Shown here piece after piece: positions 28,104 to 38,173 of a DNA stretch of 64,000 nucleotides. This stretch comes from an uncultured virus (IMG/VR IMGVR_UViG_3300042465_003390) (Duplodnaviria > Heunggongvirae > Uroviricota > Caudoviricetes). The position numbers were made by a program, and so were the translations under genes. The notes below the pieces were generated by a model. It was not told where the DNA came from. It searched no databases and saw only the letters and a list, made by a program, of their open reading frames with translations. Numbering within the stretch: the first letter of the stretch is position 1; each line of letters begins with the position of its first letter. The stretch lies in IMG/VR virus record IMGVR_UViG_3300042465_003390; one strand, 5' to 3'.

Positions 28104-28367
28104 ATGAAACAAAACATGACACAAGAACACGTGGACGCCGTGATGGACGCGCTACCGGATGAGTTGAGCGTGGGAGAACTGTGCGCCCTGACGCTCACAA
28201 TCTACAGCGCATTCATCGATGATCCCGCTGAGATAACCTCTGAGCTGATCACCTCGATTTATATTTACGGCGAGTCAAGAGGCATCAGCAGGGACAGGAT
28301 TTCGCTCGGCCTGCGACTGACCGCAGACATGTACGACGAACAACAAAGAAAACAAACAACTCACTGA
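28104..28367 (+). CDS. Hypothetical protein
   Basis: ORF in the operon. Confidence 0.6.
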   Translation: MKQNMTQEHVDAVMDALPDELSVGELCALTLTIYSAFIDDPAEITSELITSIYIYGESRGISRDRISLGLRLTADMYDEQQRKQTTH

Positions 28368-28378
28368 GGGAGAGAGAT

Positions 28379-28594
28379 ATGTTTTGGAGAAAGAAAACAG
28401 AGACCATGCCGCACCGTGACGTGCAGGCAGAGGCTGCACTGGGTATCAACAATGCGGCATCCGTGCTGCCAGCCAAGCGGTTCACTGACTTGGTCTACTG
28501 GGCCATCATCACCAACCGCCAGATCAGCGTCGAGGACATGGACGCGCTGGCGAACCGCCTGTCGCGGGCGGCTTGGGAACGGGGGCGGAAATGA
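28379..28594 (+). CDS. Hypothetical protein
   Basis: RBS; coupled. Confidence 0.6.
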   Translation: MFWRKKTETMPHRDVQAEAALGINNAASVLPAKRFTDLVYWAIITNRQISVEDMDALANRLSRAAWERGRK

Positions 28595-29010
28595 CCATCG
28601 ACATGACCAACAACCGAGTGCCTTACGGCCTGCTGACCGACGAGGAAAAGGCTGCGCTGCATGAGCATGAGAAGGCGGGTGGGAAGTTTCAGGCTCGCTA
28701 TAGCGGGACTATGTTTGTTGACCCCGTGGAGCCTACTTGGCACCACAACATAATCTACCGCACCGTCCCCCTGCCCAAGACCCAAGACGTGATCGCATGG
28801 GATCGACTACCTGATTGGGTTGAGTGGGTTGCGCGGGATGAAATCGATGGTGCAATTCATGCCTATGATGCCAATGAACCGTGGCTAACGGCAGAAGGCG
28901 GTGTTTGGCTCACATCTTGGGACTACCGCCGCATCGACGACTTCCCCGGCATCGTGCAGATCGGGACAGTGGATTGGAAAGACAGCAAGCAAAGGAAGCC
29001 ACGGGGATGA
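28591..29010 (+). CDS. Hypothetical protein
   Basis: ATGA coupling; W..LP.WV.WVARD motif. Confidence 0.6.
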   Translation: MTIDMTNNRVPYGLLTDEEKAALHEHEKAGGKFQARYSGTMFVDPVEPTWHHNIIYRTVPLPKTQDVIAWDRLPDWVEWVARDEIDGAIHAYDANEPWLTAEGGVWLTSWDYRRIDDFPGIVQIGTVDWKDSKQRKPRG

Positions 29011-29195
29011 GTGAACCATCGCATGACGCACAGCAAGTCTGCATCCACCTCAAGTGGGGGTGGCTCCCTGTCGTGATGGTGCGGAAGTCATACCCAGAGG
29101 ACGGATACAGTTGGGCGTGGGGGAGATGGCGCATGGCGAGGCTTGGTGAAGTTGTGCATCTGAACTCGCTGCTGATGAAAACATGGAGGGACTGA
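29007..29195 (+). CDS. Hypothetical protein
   Basis: ATGA coupling. Confidence 0.45.
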   Translation: MSEPSHDAQQVCIHLKWGWLPVVMVRKSYPEDGYSWAWGRWRMARLGEVVHLNSLLMKTWRD

Positions 29196-29196
29196 C

Positions 29197-29595
29197 ATGA
29201 CTGACGAAGAACTGGTGAAGCGGCTGCGGGACAAGCATTGCTGCGAAAGTCCGAATTGCAATTGCGACGAAGCCGCCGACCGCATCGAAGCCTTGGAGCG
29301 GGAGCGGGACAAGCATGAAGCGTTGGCGCTGCTGAACCTTCAGGAAAACGCCACGCACATTGCCCGCGCCGAAGCCGCCCGTGCTGACGCCAAGGAGGCC
29401 GAGGCTTATGCGGAGGAGTTGGAGAAGCAACTCAATATCTGCCGCATGGCTCAGGTCGTGATGGAGAACGGGATTGCTCAGGTCGAGGGCGAATTTGCAA
29501 GGGCGATGAAGCACGTCATGGATTATTCCAACGACAGTCATCTTGTTGCCTTTGCCAGAGATACGCTGGCCGAGATTGAGGGAGAGAAGACATGA
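29197..29595 (+). CDS. Hypothetical coiled-coil protein
   Basis: LVKRLR...EAADRIEALE motif common in phage accessory genes. Confidence 0.65.
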   Translation: MTDEELVKRLRDKHCCESPNCNCDEAADRIEALERERDKHEALALLNLQENATHIARAEAARADAKEAEAYAEELEKQLNICRMAQVVMENGIAQVEGEFARAMKHVMDYSNDSHLVAFARDTLAEIEGEKT

Positions 29596-29783
29596 CTGAC
29601 CTAGACAAGCGCATGCACTTCCGCTGCGGCGACTGCGACACCAACTTCAGCACCCCCGACGCGGTCTTCCCGATGGACACGCGGAAGCTGAGCAAGCTGG
29701 TGCGGGAAACCAAATGCCCGACCTGCGGGGCCGGGTCGAAGCGGCTGTATCTGCGGGCGAATGTGAAGGAGGAGAAGCCATGA
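29592..29783 (+). CDS. Zinc-ribbon protein
   Basis: CGDC...CPTCG. Confidence 0.6.
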   Translation: MTDLDKRMHFRCGDCDTNFSTPDAVFPMDTRKLSKLVRETKCPTCGAGSKRLYLRANVKEEKP

Positions 29784-30064
29784 GCGGAGCATTGAAAATC
29801 AACCATATGTATTGCCCGCTGTGCGGAGAAAAAAGTCTGGGCGGGACTGCTGACAGTAGACCCGTCCACATGGAAGCGTTTGGTGTCGCCGCCCACGCAG
29901 TCAGGAGACGCCGCGACTGTCAGTCATGCGGCGGAAGGTCTACGACCTTTGAACTCACCGAAGAAGCCCTACACGCCATCGCCCATCGGGTGACTGGCAC
30001 GAACCTGAAGATCGGTTTCTTGGCCAACCAGATCGCCCAGCTTATTGAGGGGAAGGAGCCGTGA
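29780..30064 (+). CDS. NrdR-like zinc-ribbon protein (no ATP-cone)
   Basis: CPLCG...DSRP...VRRRRDCQSCG.R.TTFE. Confidence 0.7.
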   Translation: MSGALKINHMYCPLCGEKSLGGTADSRPVHMEAFGVAAHAVRRRRDCQSCGGRSTTFELTEEALHAIAHRVTGTNLKIGFLANQIAQLIEGKEP

Positions 30065-30229
30065 AACGTCTGACCATACACATGCACAGGCAGCGCCTCA
30101 CCGTGGCTTTTGGCATTGAGGCATACAGGACTAGCGGTATGTTTTTGCTGATCCTGAAACTCTGGCCCGTAGGCATTACGATTAGGCACGGGGAGCCGCC
30201 CACTGAAATCACAAATTGGCAGGAATACG

Positions 30230-30421
30230 ATGCCGCGTGACCCCTCCAACAGCCCCGGAGCGAGAGCGTTGAGGTTGGCTGGATACGTCAAGCTGCCTGC
30301 GTGGTGGGTCACGCAGGAGCAGTTTGAGTTGATAGAGTACATGTGCCGGGGTAATTTGCCTGAGGTTACCGCCATAAAACGGAGAGCAGAAAATGAATGG
30401 CCGAAAGACTATAACCCGTGA
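30230..30421 (+). CDS. Hypothetical protein
   Basis: ORF in the operon. Confidence 0.5.
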   Translation: MPRDPSNSPGARALRLAGYVKLPAWWVTQEQFELIEYMCRGNLPEVTAIKRRAENEWPKDYNP

Positions 30422-30704
30422 CATGATGGAGGCGGCACTAGCCCGCCGTTGGAATGCTGGACAAACGGCAGCGCACTTTGGCTTTCATCGCAAGTCGATT
30501 GAGTCAGCCTGCGAAAGGTTTGGAATTGTGCTACCGTTAATGACGTTTGGTCATCCACTCACTGCACCTAAACAAATTTGGATTGATAAGATCGGCGGCG
30601 AAACCAATGTTAAACCAAAGGTCAAACTATCGGCCAGCAAGGCCGCAGTCGAACGCGCCTTGAGGAAGATAGAGGAAGGCAAGAGATTGCAGGCAACGAG
30701 TTGA
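30393..30704 (+). CDS. Putative HTH DNA-binding protein
   Basis: TAAHFGFHRKSIESACERFGI resembles a helix-turn-helix. Confidence 0.5.
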   Translation: MNGRKTITRDMMEAALARRWNAGQTAAHFGFHRKSIESACERFGIVLPLMTFGHPLTAPKQIWIDKIGGETNVKPKVKLSASKAAVERALRKIEEGKRLQATS

Positions 30705-30891
30705 GATGATAGCCTGATCAATGAGAGGCGCTGCGAAGCCATTGGCTTTGTATTGGTCGAAGATCAGACTGCGCTACGGCTCATCATCCACCACCGCGCC
30801 TCTCACAACCACCAAATCGTCCTGTCTGTAACCTGACTGTTGTCGGGCGCGGATCAATTAAAAGTTCAAATGAACAAATCGGAGATCGGAA

Positions 30892-31647
30892 ATGACAAAT
30901 CTAGATACACGCGCGATCTACGCGCGATCAAAAATGGCAGGATACTATCTCGACCAGACGTTCAAGATGCTGCACTTCACGCCGGAACAGCGCAAGGTTT
31001 TCTGCAAAGACCCATCCCAGTACAGATATGGCATTCCATCACATGATGGAATACCCGCCTTCGCAAGGGTGATAAGTGAACCCTTCAGTCAAGGTATCTA
31101 TCACTCACTCTATGCTGCGTATATGGAACTCGTTAACTGCCGTTCCGTCATGTTCAATAGAAAAGAATGTGGGGTTTTTGAGCAAGCCAAAAGAGACACT
31201 GAACTCTGGATGAAATCACTTGTTTCTAGTTGCTTTCCAAAGATGAAGGTGGATGCAGTCCACGCCAGCAAGTCCGTCCACGAATACATCGAGATGAAGA
31301 ATTCTCACTTCTTTGGGAGAAGCTACAAAATAAATGTGCCGCTGACGTGGGCAAAAAGCGTCTTTGATCGCGGTATTTCCACCGCGTCTGATGGAGATCG
31401 AGGTCACCTGATACTTCGCGCCAAAGAACGCAAGCTAGATCGCCTTCGTGCTGATGATGTGCGAGCGTACAACTGCATTACCATGACAGGCACAAATGGT
31501 ATCCCAATTCTCCACGAGGTATGGGTAATGTGCTGGGACAATGGCAGCAGGCGCATCACTGCCCTTCACAAAGACTTTGCTAAGGCTGAGAGCTTGCTTC
31601 GCCGCCGCATAAAGAAGGAGGTGACAGATGCGTTGCTTAACCTATGA
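30892..31647 (+). CDS. Hypothetical protein
   Basis: GGAG RBS; 251 aa. Confidence 0.7.
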   Translation: MTNLDTRAIYARSKMAGYYLDQTFKMLHFTPEQRKVFCKDPSQYRYGIPSHDGIPAFARVISEPFSQGIYHSLYAAYMELVNCRSVMFNRKECGVFEQAKRDTELWMKSLVSSCFPKMKVDAVHASKSVHEYIEMKNSHFFGRSYKINVPLTWAKSVFDRGISTASDGDRGHLILRAKERKLDRLRADDVRAYNCITMTGTNGIPILHEVWVMCWDNGSRRITALHKDFAKAESLLRRRIKKEVTDALLNL

Positions 31648-31720
31648 AGACAGGATCGTTAACACGTTAGAGCAATGTGTTAATGATTGCCGAAATCATT
31701 GACACGTTCTCATAAAAATA

Positions 31721-31742
31721 TGGGTGGCTAAAAAGCCACCCA
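31721..31742. terminator. Hairpin between convergent transcription units
   Basis: TGGGTGGCT-AAAA-AGCCACCCA. Confidence 0.55.
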
Positions 31743-31986
31743 CTAGGTGTGTTCTACGAACAGTCAGAGCGGAGACACACCAAGCACTGCGTGCCAATGG
31801 CTGTCTGGCACAATATGTAGCAGCATGATTTATCCCGGTCAACAATTGGCTCTTGCAGCATCGCATATCTCATGGATGTGGTTGAGATAGTGTGGGGCAT
31901 CCATCACAACCTGCGCCACTTCCTTGCCATCAACCCACACGAACAGAACAACTCCATCCGCGTGGGTTCTGACGGTGATCAGTGTC

Positions 31987-33768
31987 CTAGAATGGGAAGT
32001 CGTCGTCATCTTTGTAACTCAATGGTCTCGGTGCCACCATGGTTGCGTCTAAGAACGGATCGGGAATATGCCTTTTGTATGTCGAGGTCGGGACATCGAA
32101 GTCCAACTCAGCCTGCCCCTGCTTCCCAACCCATGAGAAGCGGCACTTCCAAATGTGTATCTCTGAACTGATAGAATTGGCGGGGTCTGGTCGGTGAACA
32201 GTCAGACCAATGTCTGCCTTGGCAAACCACGCTGCAGAGCCAGAGATGTCGTAGCCTTTTGGCGCTGGCACCTTGCCGCTTTGATCGCGCATCATCTTCG
32301 TCGGGTGTGCCACGAACCACAGGTGAATGCCATGTGCCTGAGCAAAGACGCGCAGCTTGGTCAGGACATCAGAAACCCAATCAGTCTCACTGACATCGCG
32401 CCCCTTCTGGATGTAGTTGTAGGGGTCGATGATGGCACCGCGCACGCCATGCCGCAACACTGCAACCTTCAGCCTCTCAATGATACTCTCCACTGAGGAG
32501 AGAGAGCCGTCAGCCTGATACAAAAAAGAAAAGTGCGACTGAACAAATTCCTTGCCGCGATTCAGTTCATCCTTGGTCATGCGGCCACTTGGCCCGTCGA
32601 AGAAAGGTCTGCGTAGGTACTTGCTAATCAACTTTGCAATGTGCAGGCGCGGCTCGTTTTCAAAAGAACAGATAGCAAACTTCCAATCCTTTGACTGTGC
32701 TAGGTTGACCATGATCTGATCAATAAACTCTGACTTGCCGGATGATGGGTGCCCGGTGACCACCGTAAGCTGCCCTGTCACCACGCTGTAGAACTCATCC
32801 ACATTGTCGTAGCCTGTGCTTTCGCCACGCCCCATGCCCCTGTCGTAGATGTCGTCAAGCTCTTCATAGAAATGCTCGGCGTCGTAAAGGCCAGCGACAG
32901 GCCACGGCTTGCAGTTCACAACGATGCCATCGACACCGTCCTTGCCAGCCGACATCAGCACGTCGTTGGCATCCTTGCACCCGGCAGGGAACTCCACCTT
33001 CCAGCAACGATCCTTGCCAATGCGGCGGGCCATCTCCTCAGCCATCGCCTGACCCGGCTCGTCGCTGTCAGTGGCAATGACAATGCGAGCGGCGTTGTCG
33101 ATCTGCTTCTTCGCTTCCCATAAGAACTTGAATTTGTTGTCTTCTCTCGGGTCTATCTGCCCGTCAACAACCTTCATGACCGCTCCGTTCGGGACGGAAA
33201 CAACGCTGTCGTACCCGGCTTCCATGAATGCCAGCGCATCCATCTCGCCTTCGCAGATGATCATCCAATCGTTGCGCTTCACGCTCTCGATGTTGAAGAA
33301 GGTCTGCGGTGCGCCATTGCAGGAGAAACCTTTACCCTCCATTGACCTGATCTTGTATGCGTATTCTTGCCCCTTGTTCTTGTAGGAGAACTGAATGCAC
33401 TCGGTCTCCTTGCCAAGTGCCTGCACCCAATGGCGCGTCGAAGATACGCCAGCCTTCTCGGCGGTCTCCCTCGATATGCCACGGGCGTTAAGCCATGCGA
33501 TGGCTTCGGCTGACAGCGGGTCTTTAACGACGTTCTTTGCGACGGACATAGGCACCACCTTTGGCTTTGGCATCTCCTCACGCAACGGAACAATGCCCTG
33601 TTGCTGGCAGTGCCAGCATTGATACAGGATGCGGTTTTGTTCGATGCGGAGCGAGAGCGTTCTATCGGTTTTATTCTTACGGCTGTGGCTACAGCTAGGG
33701 CACTTAATCTTGTGCTGACCTAACCCTAATCTGTATGCCTCGCCGCGAACTTGTTGTTCGATTTGCAC
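31987..33768 (-). CDS. Primase-helicase (T7 gp4/Twinkle-like)
   Basis: Zn finger CPSC...CWHC; TOPRIM ICEGEMD, ATDSDEPG, KDANDVL; SF4 helicase GHPSSGKS, IIDPYN, VAHP.K, YDISGSA. Confidence 0.92.
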   Translation of the reverse strand: MQIEQQVRGEAYRLGLGQHKIKCPSCSHSRKNKTDRTLSLRIEQNRILYQCWHCQQQGIVPLREEMPKPKVVPMSVAKNVVKDPLSAEAIAWLNARGISRETAEKAGVSSTRHWVQALGKETECIQFSYKNKGQEYAYKIRSMEGKGFSCNGAPQTFFNIESVKRNDWMIICEGEMDALAFMEAGYDSVVSVPNGAVMKVVDGQIDPREDNKFKFLWEAKKQIDNAARIVIATDSDEPGQAMAEEMARRIGKDRCWKVEFPAGCKDANDVLMSAGKDGVDGIVVNCKPWPVAGLYDAEHFYEELDDIYDRGMGRGESTGYDNVDEFYSVVTGQLTVVTGHPSSGKSEFIDQIMVNLAQSKDWKFAICSFENEPRLHIAKLISKYLRRPFFDGPSGRMTKDELNRGKEFVQSHFSFLYQADGSLSSVESIIERLKVAVLRHGVRGAIIDPYNYIQKGRDVSETDWVSDVLTKLRVFAQAHGIHLWFVAHPTKMMRDQSGKVPAPKGYDISGSAAWFAKADIGLTVHRPDPANSISSEIHIWKCRFSWVGKQGQAELDFDVPTSTYKRHIPDPFLDATMVAPRPLSYKDDDDFPF

Positions 33769-33860
33769 GGCTCGGTCTCCAACTCTGACCGAATCATCCT
33801 AAGAGATGCTGGGGGTGCCCGTCAACGAGGTCGTTCGATCTCGCCTTATACTTAGAGTTA

Positions 33861-33919
33861 TATATATATACCTACTACGTCTTCCGACTTATAGATAATC
33901 TACATAACGTCTTCCGGCT
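33861..33919. repeat. Dispersed repeat copy 2: (TA)5 + two ACGTCTTCCG(A/G)CT units
   Basis: Matches 19131-19192. Confidence 0.85.
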
Positions 33920-34319
33920 TTAGTAATAGGTGAGATGGAATTTTTTCGACGGCACTCACCCTGATGATTGTGCGTGGGTTCGTCTTGTCCAAACCCCAGT
34001 AGATCATCTTCTGTTTGACCTGCCTGTCGTTGAGGTAGATCGGGCCCTGCATGCAATCGAGGATCAAGCTCTCGTCCAGATCGGGACGACGGGATGCGTA
34101 GTAGATCAACATCTCCACGCGAACATCTTCTTCGAAAGGCACTTTCAGCTTGGGGCACTGGGCTGCGAACACATTGACGTACCCCCGCGCCTTGTCTGAC
34201 TTGATAAAAGCAGGGCGCTTACCAAACATCACAGCCTTGCGTGAGTTAGCCTTTGAAGCTGGCTCACCATGTATAGTAAACGTTATCTCTTCACACACCA
34301 TATATACCCCTGTTGACAT
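33900..34319 (-). CDS. rusA: RusA-like Holliday junction resolvase (start uncertain)
   Basis: GEPASKANSR...RRPDLD...ILD.MQ..IY.NDRQV...D..NPR. Confidence 0.75.
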   Translation of the reverse strand: MSTGVYMVCEEITFTIHGEPASKANSRKAVMFGKRPAFIKSDKARGYVNVFAAQCPKLKVPFEEDVRVEMLIYYASRRPDLDESLILDCMQGPIYLNDRQVKQKMIYWGLDKTNPRTIIRVSAVEKIPSHLLLKPEDVM

Positions 34320-34342
34320 CAATTTCCTTGTATGGTTAGAGT
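34313..34342 (+). promoter_or_regulatory. Putative sigma70 promoter of the recombination operon
   Basis: TTGACA-18 bp-TAGAGT upstream of ATG 34365, in a divergent AT-rich gap. Confidence 0.5.
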
Positions 34343-34364
34343 ACAAAAAAAAGCGGAGACATCA

Positions 34365-35267
34365 ATGAAAATCACGAACAGGTTCAACCTGCCCGACGCC
34401 TTTTACAACTTCGCTCGGAACGACAAGTACACGAAGGGCAAGGCTGACATCAGCGTCACCACGCTCATCGACTCGCCGCGTGTGCGCCTGATGCGCGACA
34501 AGCACAGAGATCAGCTTGAGACCGACGCATCAGATATGATCTGGGCATTGTTCGGCACCGCCGTGCATCATGTCCTTGAGAGTGCCGACGATCCCAGCCA
34601 CGTCATGATGGAAGAGCGCCTCTACGCAGAGGTGGCGGGCTGGACTTTGTCTGGGGCACTTGACCACCAAGAAGTTCTTCCCGACGGCACCATTCAGATC
34701 ACGGACTACAAGGTTACGTCCGCGTGGTCGGTGATCCTTGGGAAGGACGAGTGGGTCAAGCAACAGAACTGCTACGCTTGGCTGGTGGAGAACTCCAACA
34801 ACGGCACCAACCGACAGAAGAAGGTTAGCGGCATTCGCATCTGCGCTGTCTTGAGGGATTGGCAGCGCAAGAAGGCTGAGTTTGATGGCGAGTATCCTCA
34901 GTCCCCTGTGGTGATTGTTGATCTGCCGCTGTGGAGCGCCAAGGAGCGGGAGGATTACATCATCGACCGCATCACCCTGCATCAGGGGGCGCAGGCGGAG
35001 TACGATCTCTACGACCGCATGGCGATGTGCAATGAGCAAGAGCAGTGGGCAAAGCCCAGCCAGTGGGCGGTGCATAAGGCGGGTGCCAAGAGGGCGACCA
35101 AGCTGTGCGACAGCATGGACGAAGCTAAAGCCTACGTCGAAGGACAAAGCGGAAAGGACAAGTTTGAAATCCAATTCCGTAGAGGTGAACTGACACGATG
35201 CGAGGGCAACTACTGTTCCGTCGCTGAGTTCTGCGAACAATTCAAAGGGTGGAAAGCCAATGACTAA
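34365..35267 (+). CDS. PD-(D/E)XK (Cas4/RecB-like) exonuclease
   Basis: GTAVH..LE, LSGALD, ITDYKVT, Q.NCY, C-terminal C...YC....FC. Confidence 0.8.
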   Translation: MKITNRFNLPDAFYNFARNDKYTKGKADISVTTLIDSPRVRLMRDKHRDQLETDASDMIWALFGTAVHHVLESADDPSHVMMEERLYAEVAGWTLSGALDHQEVLPDGTIQITDYKVTSAWSVILGKDEWVKQQNCYAWLVENSNNGTNRQKKVSGIRICAVLRDWQRKKAEFDGEYPQSPVVIVDLPLWSAKEREDYIIDRITLHQGAQAEYDLYDRMAMCNEQEQWAKPSQWAVHKAGAKRATKLCDSMDEAKAYVEGQSGKDKFEIQFRRGELTRCEGNYCSVAEFCEQFKGWKAND

Positions 35268-36000
35268 AAAATCCGCATGGGAAACGCTCTCCAAGATCAA
35301 CGTCAACGATCACACGGAGAAGAAGAACAGCCTGACCTACCTGTCTTGGGCGTGGGCATGGGGTGTGCTGAAGGATAACTATCCTGACGCGACCTTCGAG
35401 AAGCACATCCAGCCTAACGGCATGCCGTACATCATCGACGCCAACGGCTTTGCCTATGTGCAGGTCACCGTGACGGTGGACGGAATTAGTGCGACTGAAC
35501 TTTTCCCCGTCCTTGATTACAAGAACAAGGCGGTCGTGAAGCCAGACAGCTTCGCCATCAACACTGCTATGCAGCGGGCGCTTGCCAAGGCGATCAGCTA
35601 CCATGGCCTTGGGCATTACATCTACGCGGGTGAAGACCTGCCACAAGGCGAGGATGCCCCGCAGGGCCCCGCAGAGGCACCGCAGAAGGCCAAGTCTGCC
35701 GCCGCTATGGTGACGGCACCCGCAGCCACGGCACCCGCTCCACCGCAGCCTGAGCCTCAGACGCCATCGGTAAAGGGCGTCGAGGGCGATGAGCGCAAGA
35801 CAAGTGGATGGAATATGGTGGCTGACGTTATGTGCGAGGTCGTCAACCACTTCACCAAAGACGAAGAGGAACTGAAGAAGGTCTGGTCTCTGAACGTCGG
35901 CGTCATCAACCAACTCAAAAACGCGGCACCATCCCTGCATGAGCAGGTGGTAGCAACGTTCAAGACACGCAAAGCTCATTTCCAAGGAGAAGCATCATGA
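35260..36000 (+). CDS. Sak/Rad52-like single-strand annealing protein (DUF1071)
   Basis: EKKN.LTYLSWAWAW...PVLDYKNK...INT.MQR.L.KAI..HGLG.YIYAGEDLP. Confidence 0.85.
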   Translation: MTKKSAWETLSKINVNDHTEKKNSLTYLSWAWAWGVLKDNYPDATFEKHIQPNGMPYIIDANGFAYVQVTVTVDGISATELFPVLDYKNKAVVKPDSFAINTAMQRALAKAISYHGLGHYIYAGEDLPQGEDAPQGPAEAPQKAKSAAAMVTAPAATAPAPPQPEPQTPSVKGVEGDERKTSGWNMVADVMCEVVNHFTKDEEELKKVWSLNVGVINQLKNAAPSLHEQVVATFKTRKAHFQGEAS

Positions 36001-36296
36001 GCCAATTCCCAGCATCCGGCGTCCTGTTCGCCAACGACCGCAAGCAGAACGACAAGCAGCCCGACTACACTGGCAACTTGGAGATCGACGCGGAGACCGT
36101 CCGCGATCTGTATCAGCAGATGCAGAGCGGAGGTGATCACCCAAAGGTAAACCTTGTGGGTTGGCGCAAGACATCTAAGAGCGGCAAGACCTTCCTGTCG
36201 GTGAAGGTTAGTGTCATGCGCGAGCGTACACAGCAGGCTGCCACTCGGTATCAGGCACCGCCTAGCAACGACCTCAACGATGACATTCCGTTTTAA
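35997..36296 (+). CDS. Putative single-stranded DNA-binding protein
   Basis: GVLF.N.....PDYTG; acidic C-terminal tail DDIPF. Confidence 0.75.
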   Translation: MSQFPASGVLFANDRKQNDKQPDYTGNLEIDAETVRDLYQQMQSGGDHPKVNLVGWRKTSKSGKTFLSVKVSVMRERTQQAATRYQAPPSNDLNDDIPF

Positions 36297-36310
36297 ATTG
36301 GGGGCCTAGT

Positions 36311-36796
36311 ATGACATCGATCATCGAACAACTTAGCGATGGTGACTACGTCATAGTGCCTGTCGGTAGCAGGCGCACATGCAACCCGCCGCCGACAAAC
36401 ACGGACGACGACTATCTGGTTCTGTGCAGCGACGCGAAGCAAGCAGTTAGGTCTCTCAAAGAGTTGGGCTTCGAGCCGCCGGAGAACATCGCGGAGTACG
36501 TCGCCCTTCATGCTTGCAGTTTTACGTCGCTTCGTTTCGGTGAGTTAAACTTTATCGTGACCGACGATGTAACGTGGTTCGATAAGTTCCTCACGGCGTC
36601 GTACTTCGCCAAGAAGTACAACGTCATGAACAAGGCAGACAGAATTGAGCTTTTCGACAGCGTCATGCGTGGCGGTTCTACGTCTGCAAACTACGCACCT
36701 GATTGGTTCGAGTTGGCAGAGAAAAAGGTCGTGAAGATACGCAACAAGACAACGTTCTATATGACTGCAAATGGGCCATTACCGAGTCCATTTTAA
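36311..36796 (+). CDS. Putative Pol-beta-superfamily nucleotidyltransferase
   Basis: hGSR...TDDDYLV (GS + DxD) signature. Confidence 0.55.
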   Translation: MTSIIEQLSDGDYVIVPVGSRRTCNPPPTNTDDDYLVLCSDAKQAVRSLKELGFEPPENIAEYVALHACSFTSLRFGELNFIVTDDVTWFDKFLTASYFAKKYNVMNKADRIELFDSVMRGGSTSANYAPDWFELAEKKVVKIRNKTTFYMTANGPLPSPF

Positions 36797-36798
36797 GA

Positions 36799-37080
36799 AT
36801 GCTCATTCCGAAACAAAACAAAGTTCGGGATGAGAACTACCTGAAGACCTTACGGGGTGCCCCGTGTTTGGTCTGCAGACGTGGCGCAGAGGCGCACCAC
36901 CTGCAACGTGGGGAGCGGCGTGGTGTAGGCTACAAGACGGGAGATAACTGGGCCGTGCCTCTGTGCCACGATTGCCATATGAAGCTGCACCATTTTGGAG
37001 ACGAACAAACATGGTGGGACTTGGAAGGTATCGACGCAATCGAATGGGCCAAACAGAACTGGGAGAAGTACAATGAGTAA
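36799..37080 (+). CDS. DUF968-like HNH protein
   Basis: PCLVC...AHHL...G.G.K.GD.WAVPLCHDCH..LH. Confidence 0.75.
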   Translation: MLIPKQNKVRDENYLKTLRGAPCLVCRRGAEAHHLQRGERRGVGYKTGDNWAVPLCHDCHMKLHHFGDEQTWWDLEGIDAIEWAKQNWEKYNE

Positions 37081-37522
37081 CCTCAGAGATGCAGCCATTG
37101 GGTTCGAGGCTGTGAAGGTGTCCATGTCGCAAGATAGAAACGGCATTGTGCTGCGGCTGAATGTACACCCCAACGACTGCCCGCCGGAACTTCATACCGA
37201 CTGGGTTGGCACCAGATACATGGTCGCGATGGTTCGCCTGAACGACCATGACGAACCAGAGCTAAGGGAAGAACAGCAAAGGGTAGAGCGCCTCATTGCA
37301 TCTGCTGGATTGCTTTGCCGCAACCAAGAGTTCGCCGCCTACCTCGTTGGTGTTGGCCTTGTAGGGTCTTACGATCCCCACAACATGGAACCTGCAGCCA
37401 TAAAGGCTGTTCGAGATTATTGTGGGATAGCTTCGCGAACAGAGTTTCGTGACAACCCAGAGGCACGCAGAAAGTTTGAAGAGCTAAGAGAGGACTTCAG
37501 AGTATGGAAGAAACAAAACTGA
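37073..37522 (+). CDS. Hypothetical protein
   Basis: GGAG RBS; coupled. Confidence 0.65.
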   Translation: MSNLRDAAIGFEAVKVSMSQDRNGIVLRLNVHPNDCPPELHTDWVGTRYMVAMVRLNDHDEPELREEQQRVERLIASAGLLCRNQEFAAYLVGVGLVGSYDPHNMEPAAIKAVRDYCGIASRTEFRDNPEARRKFEELREDFRVWKKQN

Positions 37523-37704
37523 TCGACATCCAGAAGCTTTCTGAGATGACGATGATCCACCACAAAACCCTACGCAAGATCATCAAAGAGGATGCATCAT
37601 TTCCCAAAGCCATAAACCTTGGGCCTCGTCTCACGCGCTGGAGATACAGCGATATCGTGGCGTGGATCGAAGGCAAAGGCGGTGATGCCGTCAATGATGT
37701 TTGA
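37504..37704 (+). CDS. AlpA/excisionase-like HTH regulator
   Basis: FPKAI.LG.R..RW...DI..WI. Confidence 0.75.
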   Translation: MEETKLIDIQKLSEMTMIHHKTLRKIIKEDASFPKAINLGPRLTRWRYSDIVAWIEGKGGDAVNDV

Positions 37705-38173
37705 TGACTTCAACGACAAGCACCTATGGTGCCAAGGCGGTCGCAAGCTTGAAGATAAGTTTGTCGCAGAGCGCAGGTTCAATGACGTACAGGTGAGGAT
37801 GAACCCTGCCAAAGAGCAGGACATCTTCACCTACGACATGCGAATCGATATGCCATGCGATCTCAAGACACTAACCACGCCGTGGATTTACTCCGAAAGA
37901 ATGTTCGGGATACCACCGACCTATGCGGTTTCCATTAACAGGAAAGACCTGCGCAGGTACTACCAGTTGTACCCAAACATCATCATCATACTGGACGTGC
38001 AGTACCCTGACTATCAGGGCACCCACTGGACAGACATGACCCGTCTAGAAAGCATGGTGCGATCTGGAAAAGTTCACTTGCACAAATACCAGACGCGCGT
38101 GGACGACACGCAAGGGAACGCCAAAGACAGTTACATCTTTGACGTTCGCTGGTTTCCTAAGCTGGCTCAGTAG
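37694..38173 (+). CDS. Hypothetical protein, possible PD-(D/E)XK fold
   Basis: G...E..F...YD......CDLKT pattern. Confidence 0.55.
   Translation: MMFDDFNDKHLWCQGGRKLEDKFVAERRFNDVQVRMNPAKEQDIFTYDMRIDMPCDLKTLTTPWIYSERMFGIPPTYAVSINRKDLRRYYQLYPNIIIILDVQYPDYQGTHWTDMTRLESMVRSGKVHLHKYQTRVDDTQGNAKDSYIFDVRWFPKLAQ

Noticed and set aside
34365..35267. Cas4-like gene as part of a CRISPR system
   Set aside because: No array or other cas genes; its position beside Sak and SSB fits a phage recombination exonuclease.
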